The notes below the pieces were generated by a model. It ran no database searches, was not told where the DNA came from, and worked only from the letters and a program-made list of their open reading frames with translations. A stretch of 32,000 nt of DNA, taken from the NCBI GenBank assembly GCA_033762915.1, contig JANRLD010000094.1, forward strand, positions 16,469 to 48,468, in the 5' to 3' direction. Of the stretch, positions 27,170-32,000 are shown in pieces. How positions within the stretch are numbered: position 1 is the first letter of the stretch; each line of letters opens with the position of its first letter. Both the position numbers and the translations under genes were made by a program. This DNA is from Meiothermus sp. (GTDB lineage Bacteria; Deinococcota; Deinococci; Deinococcales; Thermaceae).

Positions 27170-29851
27170 CTACGCCTTCTCCAACACCTCCCGCTGCTTC
27201 TCGATCTGCATCAGGATGCGCGAGAGGAGGTTCTTGTCGGCCAGCACCACCAGGCCCTTGGTGCCCAGCGGCAGCAGCACCACCACCAGGCTGGTCAGGG
27301 AGATCACCGAGAGCTGCGGGGTGCCGCTCTTCATCTCGCTGGCGAGGTGGATCAGGTCGTCGAAGACCGACTGGGCCATGCGGCTCTTAATGGGGAGGTT
27401 GCCCCACAGCAGGTTGCCGCCCTCTATCAGCGCCACGGCCTCCACGCCCCGGAACTGGAAGCTGGCCAGGGCCTCGGTTAGCTCGGCGGGCAGGGCCGCG
27501 TTGACCACCTGCACCGGCCTGGGGGCCTCCTGCAGGGCGGGCGTGGCCACCACCGAGGGGCTGTCGAACACGTCCAGCAGGGAGTCCAGGTCGGCCCCCT
27601 TGAGCTGCTTCATCACCGTCTGGGCAGCCTTAAACTCGCCCTCGAGTACCGCCTCGATGCGCTCGGCATCCTCCAGGGCGCGGCGCACCTCGAGGAGGCC
27701 GCTGGCCCCCAGCCGGTCCAGGCGCTGCGAGGCCGACTGCAGGAAGTCGCACATCGGCTTTAGGCGCAGCACGGTCTCGCCGCCCACGCTCTTGTGGGCC
27801 TCGTAGGCCTCCACTAGGGCGCTGATGCGGCCCCCCAGCTCGGCGCGTAGCGCCTCCTGGGCGCGGCGCAGGCGGGCCAGTTGGCCCTGAATCTCCTCGA
27901 GGTCGGGGAAGCGTCCGGCCTGAAGCTCGGCACGGGCGGCGGCGACTTTCTGCTCGAGGTCTTCCCCGCCCAGGCCCTTCATGCTCCTGGCGGTCATCTC
28001 GTAGCGGGTGAGCTCCTCGGCCATGCTGCTGCGGCGGTTAACGATCACCTCTTGCAGGCCGCGCTCGAGGCCGCTGGTGTCGACGAAGCGGCCCTGGGCC
28101 AGGCTCTCGCGCACGCCCTGGAGCTGGGCGCGGGGGCCGTCCAGCCGCTCGCGCAGGGCACCCTCGAGGGCGGTGAGCTGGGCCTCGAAGGCGGAGAGCT
28201 TCTGGGCCACGATCTGCCTGGAATGGGCCAGCAGCGAGGCGATGGCCGACTCGATCTCGCCGATGGGGGTGTGCTCGAGGCGGCCCAGCAGGGCGGCCTT
28301 GTGCGGCTCGAGGCCCTCCAGCGAGGGGATGGCCTGCACGGCGGCCCGCAGCCCCACCCGCCGCAGGCTCTCCTCCTCGCGCTCGCGGGTCAGTTGGGCC
28401 AGCAACTCCGAGAGGCCCTGCTGGGCCCGCCCGATGGCCTCCTCGGTGGGGGGCAGGTCGGCCAGCGTGACCAGGAACATCTCGACGTCAAAGTTGTCGG
28501 TGAAGGAGGCCAGGCTGGCCTCCGCGTCCTGCCGCACGGTGGCGAGTTGGGCGCTCAGGCGGGCGGTGCGCTCCTGCGCCTCACGCTGGGTGCGTTCGTC
28601 GGCCTCAAGGGCCTCCAGGCCGCGCTCGAGCTCGCCGAGCTCGGTGGGGAGGCCGCCCCCTTGCAGGGTCTCCCCCACCACCCGCAGCTTGGCAGCCAGG
28701 CCGCCAGACTTTGCGCGGGCCAGATCGAGCTTCTGCAGCCGGGCCAGCAGGGCGTCGTAGCGGGTCTTGCTCTGGGCCAAGCGCTCGGAGTACAGGTTCT
28801 TAAACTGCTCCTCGAGGGCCGCGATGCGCTCGCCCACCGGGTTGCCCTTGCCCAGTTCGGCCAGCAGGGCGTTGCTCTCATCAACCACCTTGGGGTGCGA
28901 GACCAGCATGGCGTAGCGGTCGAGCAGGGCCTCGAGGCGGCGCTGATCCTCGGCCACGTCGATCTCGCGGATGCGGGTCTGCTGCTCGGCGGAGAGGCTC
29001 TCGAAGTCGAGCTCTACCACCAGCTCGGTGTCGTCCCAGGTGGGGTCGCGCCCAGCCTGCACCACGTCGTCCTCGACGGTTATGGCCATCTCGCCGGTGG
29101 GGTTCTGCACCACGCTCGACTCCACCAGCTTGCGCATCTCGGCGGCCAGCAGCCGCGCCCGCTCGACCTCGGCCTGGGCCAGGGTCTCCTGGCCGTGGGC
29201 CTCCTGGATGGCCTTAATGTAGTTGTCCAGGCGGCGCACCTTGGGGCCGCCCACGCTCTGCACACGCTCGAGGGCGGCGTGAAGCTCCGAGATGTCGCGG
29301 GTCTGGCGCAGCAGGGCGGCCTGGAGCTTGTCCTCTAGCTGGGAAAGCACCTCCTGACCCTCGCGCACCAAGGCCCGCACGGTAGAAGCCTCGGGGTCCT
29401 GGCGGATCACCCCGATCAGGCTGCGCAGGCGGCCTACCTCTGGCCAGTCCAGGTACATGCTAAAGCGCTTGAAACCCGCCTCGAGGTCTTGCAGCGCGTT
29501 CTGGGTCTGGGCCTCGGCCTGGGCCTCGGCGGCCTTGGCGGCGGCCGGAGCGTTGCTGCCCGACCCCAGATCGCGCAGCAGCTCCTCGATGCGGCTGCGG
29601 GCGGCCGCCGGGGACATCTTGGACTGCAACTCCCGGTAGACCAGACGCTTAAGGATCACCTCGGCCTGGGCCGCGTCGAGCTGGTCGGGGTTGATGCCCA
29701 GCCGCCGGACGCCCTCCTCGAGGATCATCGAGGTGCGGTCGCCCAGCACGGGCACCAGGGATTGGTTTAGGTTCTGATAGAGCGACAACCGCTGACCTCC
29801 GTCGGGAATGCGTCCCGGTGATATTGACGCCACTTCTCCAAGGCGCTTCAC
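27170..29851 (-). CDS. Large coiled-coil protein with C-terminal Roadblock/LC7 (MglB-like) domain
   Basis: 893-aa ORF. About 650 aa is heptad-rich E/L/A/R/Q sequence. The last roughly 110 aa (FRGVEAVALIEGGNLLWGNLP...QLSVISLTSLVVVLLPLGTKGLVVLADKN..LSRILMQIEK) fits the Roadblock/LC7 pattern. The GTG start at 29851 is uncertain. Confidence 0.7.
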   Translation of the reverse strand: MKRLGEVASISPGRIPDGGQRLSLYQNLNQSLVPVLGDRTSMILEEGVRRLGINPDQLDAAQAEVILKRLVYRELQSKMSPAAARSRIEELLRDLGSGSNAPAAAKAAEAQAEAQTQNALQDLEAGFKRFSMYLDWPEVGRLRSLIGVIRQDPEASTVRALVREGQEVLSQLEDKLQAALLRQTRDISELHAALERVQSVGGPKVRRLDNYIKAIQEAHGQETLAQAEVERARLLAAEMRKLVESSVVQNPTGEMAITVEDDVVQAGRDPTWDDTELVVELDFESLSAEQQTRIREIDVAEDQRRLEALLDRYAMLVSHPKVVDESNALLAELGKGNPVGERIAALEEQFKNLYSERLAQSKTRYDALLARLQKLDLARAKSGGLAAKLRVVGETLQGGGLPTELGELERGLEALEADERTQREAQERTARLSAQLATVRQDAEASLASFTDNFDVEMFLVTLADLPPTEEAIGRAQQGLSELLAQLTREREEESLRRVGLRAAVQAIPSLEGLEPHKAALLGRLEHTPIGEIESAIASLLAHSRQIVAQKLSAFEAQLTALEGALRERLDGPRAQLQGVRESLAQGRFVDTSGLERGLQEVIVNRRSSMAEELTRYEMTARSMKGLGGEDLEQKVAAARAELQAGRFPDLEEIQGQLARLRRAQEALRAELGGRISALVEAYEAHKSVGGETVLRLKPMCDFLQSASQRLDRLGASGLLEVRRALEDAERIEAVLEGEFKAAQTVMKQLKGADLDSLLDVFDSPSVVATPALQEAPRPVQVVNAALPAELTEALASFQFRGVEAVALIEGGNLLWGNLPIKSRMAQSVFDDLIHLASEMKSGTPQLSVISLTSLVVVLLPLGTKGLVVLADKNLLSRILMQIEKQREVLEKA

Positions 29852-30084
29852 CTTTGAGGTCAGTGTAGCCCAGACCCGCCCCGGGTTATGGTCAAAAAAA
29901 CACCAGCCACGTGCCTGTTGCGTGGGTTAGTTAACGCTAGGTTTTTATGAGAGCATCATGCACCGGCCGGGGCCTGCTTGCCTTCTTCTTCGGCCCGCAC
30001 ATCTGCCCTAAGCCCGGGGCATGGGCGGACTTGCCAAAACCAGCCCGAGCGTCGCGCCGCTGGACCTGCTGCCGTGGCTAAGCC

Positions 30085-30119
30085 GCCAGGGCGGGGGTCA
30101 CATCGACCCCCGCCCTGGC
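30085..30119 (-). terminator. Terminator hairpin GCCAGGGCGGGGG-tcacatcga-CCCCCGCCCTGGC after the nuclease gene
   Basis: Perfect 13-bp stem with a 9-nt loop, 25 nt beyond the stop at 30144. Confidence 0.6.
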
Positions 30120-30143
30120 AGAACAGTTGGGCGCGGCTCGAGG

Positions 30144-32000
30144 CTACCGGACGAAGTTGAAGTTGGCCCGGTAGGTGGTGCCGTCGGTGTAGCGCACCAC
30201 CAGCTGGCGGCAGGTGCCCGCCCAGCTCCGGTCGGTCTTCCAGACGTAGGTGTAGAGGCCGCTGGCAGGGTCGTAGCTGAGACCGCTGTTGCTGGCGGTC
30301 GGGTCGGTACCGTTAACCGGGGCGGTGGAGCCGCAGGGGACGGTCTGCGACTTGGGGAAGCCCGGCGCGAAGACGTTCAGGCCCTTATTGCCGCCCAGGC
30401 TGAACTTAACCGGGATGGACTGGCCGGAGTTGGCGGTGTTGAAGGCCGGGAAGTTAGCCACCGGGCTGCGGAACCAAGCCACGGCATTCAGGTTAAGGCC
30501 CACCAGCACCGGGTCGTGGTCGGAGACGCGGAACTGGTCGGGGGCGTAGAGGGAGCTGATCAGGTTGGGGGTCTTGAAGTCGGTGTTGTAGTCGAGCACG
30601 CCGGGCTCGTCGGCATTGATGTGGTAGTCGGCCACGCCACTCACCTGGGCGTTGAGGGCGCTCGAGGCCAGCGCGTGGTCGAGGTAGCCCCACTGCCCGT
30701 CGAACACGTAAGAGTAGGCGTCCGGCCCCAGGCGGCCCTCGATCAGGTTGACGAAGCCCGCGCTCTGGAAGGCGATGATGGGGTCTTCCTTGGCGTAGGA
30801 GTTGTAGTCGCCGATCAGCAGCACGTCCGGGTCGACGATTCCGGTGGGATTGGTGTTTAGCCAGGTCATCAGCAGAATGGAGGCGATGGTGCGCACGGTG
30901 TTGCAGTTGCCCTGGCCGTCGCCCGCGTCGGGGGCGTCGCAGGCCGAGCCCTTGCTCTTGAGGTGGTTGACGTTGACCACAAAGGTCGCGCCATTGGCGT
31001 TCTGCTGGAAGGCCTGGGCCAGCGAGGCCCGGTTGCGCGGGGCGCTGTCGCCGCCGTTGACAAAGGCCGCCTCGTTTAGCACCGCGGTCTGGCCAACCGG
31101 CAAGACGCTGGCGGGCTTGTAGATCAGGCCCACCTTGATGGCGTCGGTGCCTAGTGCATTGACCTGCCCGGTGGCAGCGTCGGCGTCGATGAAGGCGTAG
31201 GTTCCGGGCGCGGTGGCGTCGTTGAGCCTGTCCACCAGGAAGGCGATGGCGCTGCTGGGGCCGTAGCCGTCGTTCTCGAGCTCGTTGAAGCCCAGCACAT
31301 CGGGGTTCATGGCCAGGATGGCGGCCACCGTCTTGGGCCACTGGCGGTCGAACTCGGCCTGGGAGTTGGCCCCCCGGCAGTCGCCGTCGTTGCCGCTGGG
31401 GAAGCATCCGGGGGTGCTGGAGTTGCCGTCGGCAAAGGTGTTGAAGAAATTGAGCAGGTTCATCCCCACCACCTTGAGGCTGCCGCCCACGGGCGGAACT
31501 GAGGTGGGGCGGGGGTTGGCGGCCTGGAAGTTGACCGAGCCGCCCAGTGCATTAATCGGGCGCACCCGGAAGGCGTTGGGGCTGGCGTTGTTGCCGGCCC
31601 AGGTGTAGGTCATCACGCCCACGATGCCTGTGGCGGTGTCGCCGCCGCGCAGGGTGTTGGAGGCCGAGAGGGGCTGGCCACCGCGCCCGAACAGGATGGG
31701 GTCGGGGTTCTGGTTTTGCTGGGCGTCGTCGAGGATGATGCGGTTGAGGTTGTTCTGGGCCTGCAGGGCGTTGGCCGCAGCGCCGGGGGTGGTGACGTTG
31801 GTGGGTTGCGCGAGCCTCCCCCCGGACGACAGCACCACCTGCCCGAAGCGCCCGAGCTGGAAGTGCTCGGTCACGTAGAGGGTCTGGGGCAAGCGCACCA
31901 GCATGCCCTCAAAGCGCTCCGCGTCGGTCGGAGAGGCGAAGGGGAGGGTCACGTCGGTCGGGGCAACGGTGCCGGTGCCGCACTTGACCACCGAGGTCGC
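30144..32000 (-). CDS. ExeM/NucH-family extracellular endonuclease (EEP fold) with PxKF-type C-terminal domain; 5' end outside window
   Basis: FEGMLVRLPQTLYVTEHFQLGRFGQVVLS, LKVVGMNLLNFF, VLGFNELENDG and RVSDHDPVLVGL are ExeM/NucH and endonuclease-exonuclease-phosphatase signatures. The last roughly 110 aa contains IPVKFSL (PxKF motif). The reading frame stays open to the window edge. Confidence 0.85.
   Translation of the reverse strand, partial: ATSVVKCGTGTVAPTDVTLPFASPTDAERFEGMLVRLPQTLYVTEHFQLGRFGQVVLSSGGRLAQPTNVTTPGAAANALQAQNNLNRIILDDAQQNQNPDPILFGRGGQPLSASNTLRGGDTATGIVGVMTYTWAGNNASPNAFRVRPINALGGSVNFQAANPRPTSVPPVGGSLKVVGMNLLNFFNTFADGNSSTPGCFPSGNDGDCRGANSQAEFDRQWPKTVAAILAMNPDVLGFNELENDGYGPSSAIAFLVDRLNDATAPGTYAFIDADAATGQVNALGTDAIKVGLIYKPASVLPVGQTAVLNEAAFVNGGDSAPRNRASLAQAFQQNANGATFVVNVNHLKSKGSACDAPDAGDGQGNCNTVRTIASILLMTWLNTNPTGIVDPDVLLIGDYNSYAKEDPIIAFQSAGFVNLIEGRLGPDAYSYVFDGQWGYLDHALASSALNAQVSGVADYHINADEPGVLDYNTDFKTPNLISSLYAPDQFRVSDHDPVLVGLNLNAVAWFRSPVANFPAFNTANSGQSIPVKFSLGGNKGLNVFAPGFPKSQTVPCGSTAPVNGTDPTASNSGLSYDPASGLYTYVWKTDRSWAGTCRQLVVRYTDGTTYRANFNFVR

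Noticed and set aside
29887-29925. A7/T7 run plus a weak CCACG...CGTGG hairpin and AT-rich stretch upstream of the coiled-coil gene, considered as a terminator or promoter
   Set aside because: The stem is only 5 bp and is separated from the T-run. TTGACC and TACACT are about 22 nt apart, which is too far for a canonical sigma-A promoter. The strong 13-bp hairpin at 30085-30119 already explains termination of the nuclease gene.
1-32000. Very high frequency of CTCGAG (XhoI-type palindrome) throughout the window
   Set aside because: Most occurrences are in-frame Leu-Glu (CTC GAG) codon pairs on either strand, or form hairpin stems. This is compatible with codon and amino-acid bias in this GC-rich lineage rather than a discrete functional signal, and I cannot quantify enrichment without a computation.

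Overview
GC-rich bacterial chromosomal segment. Gene content and protein style look Deinococcus-Thermus-like (Meiothermus/Thermus is my guess). No database search was possible, so all product calls rest on motifs I recognise in the translations. Layout: (i) 1-11.2 kb holds mostly housekeeping genes: cinA, a YgfZ-type folate-binding protein, a LuxR-type regulator, two ABC permeases, a cobB sirtuin, nnr, thrB and a DUF4388-like protein. (ii) 11.2-22.5 kb is an accessory-looking region. It contains a multi-copy intergenic repeat element, a decayed IS110-family insertion sequence (transposase broken by an 8-bp tandem duplication) and a roughly 115-nt relic of a subtilase 3' end. These are followed by a head-to-tail array of five paralogous lipoprotein S8 subtilases on the minus strand. 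Each paralog has a lipobox, an I9-like propeptide, 3-5 tandem 7-aa GWNAWS[SG] repeats exactly at the propeptide/catalytic junction, and a complete D/H/S catalytic domain. The C-terminal modules differ: CBM4_9-like in two paralogs, a ricin beta-trefoil in one, an unknown roughly 200-aa domain in one, and none in one. Each paralog carries its own copy of a conserved bipartite upstream motif (AACGC-N11-GTAACGGTT in gene sense). Four of the five also have a near-identical terminator hairpin. (iii) 22.5-32 kb holds a GyrI-like protein, a membrane protein, a CoA-binding protein, a toastrack-like protein, a bacterial eRF1/Pelota-like protein, a UPF0303 protein, an 893-aa coiled-coil protein with a Roadblock/LC7-like C-terminus, and a partial ExeM/NucH-type extracellular nuclease. 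The most interesting candidate for something undescribed is the Trp-repeat subtilase array with its shared regulatory motif. The many long Arg/Gly/Pro/Ala-rich ORFs antisense to or out of frame with these genes are high-GC artefacts.
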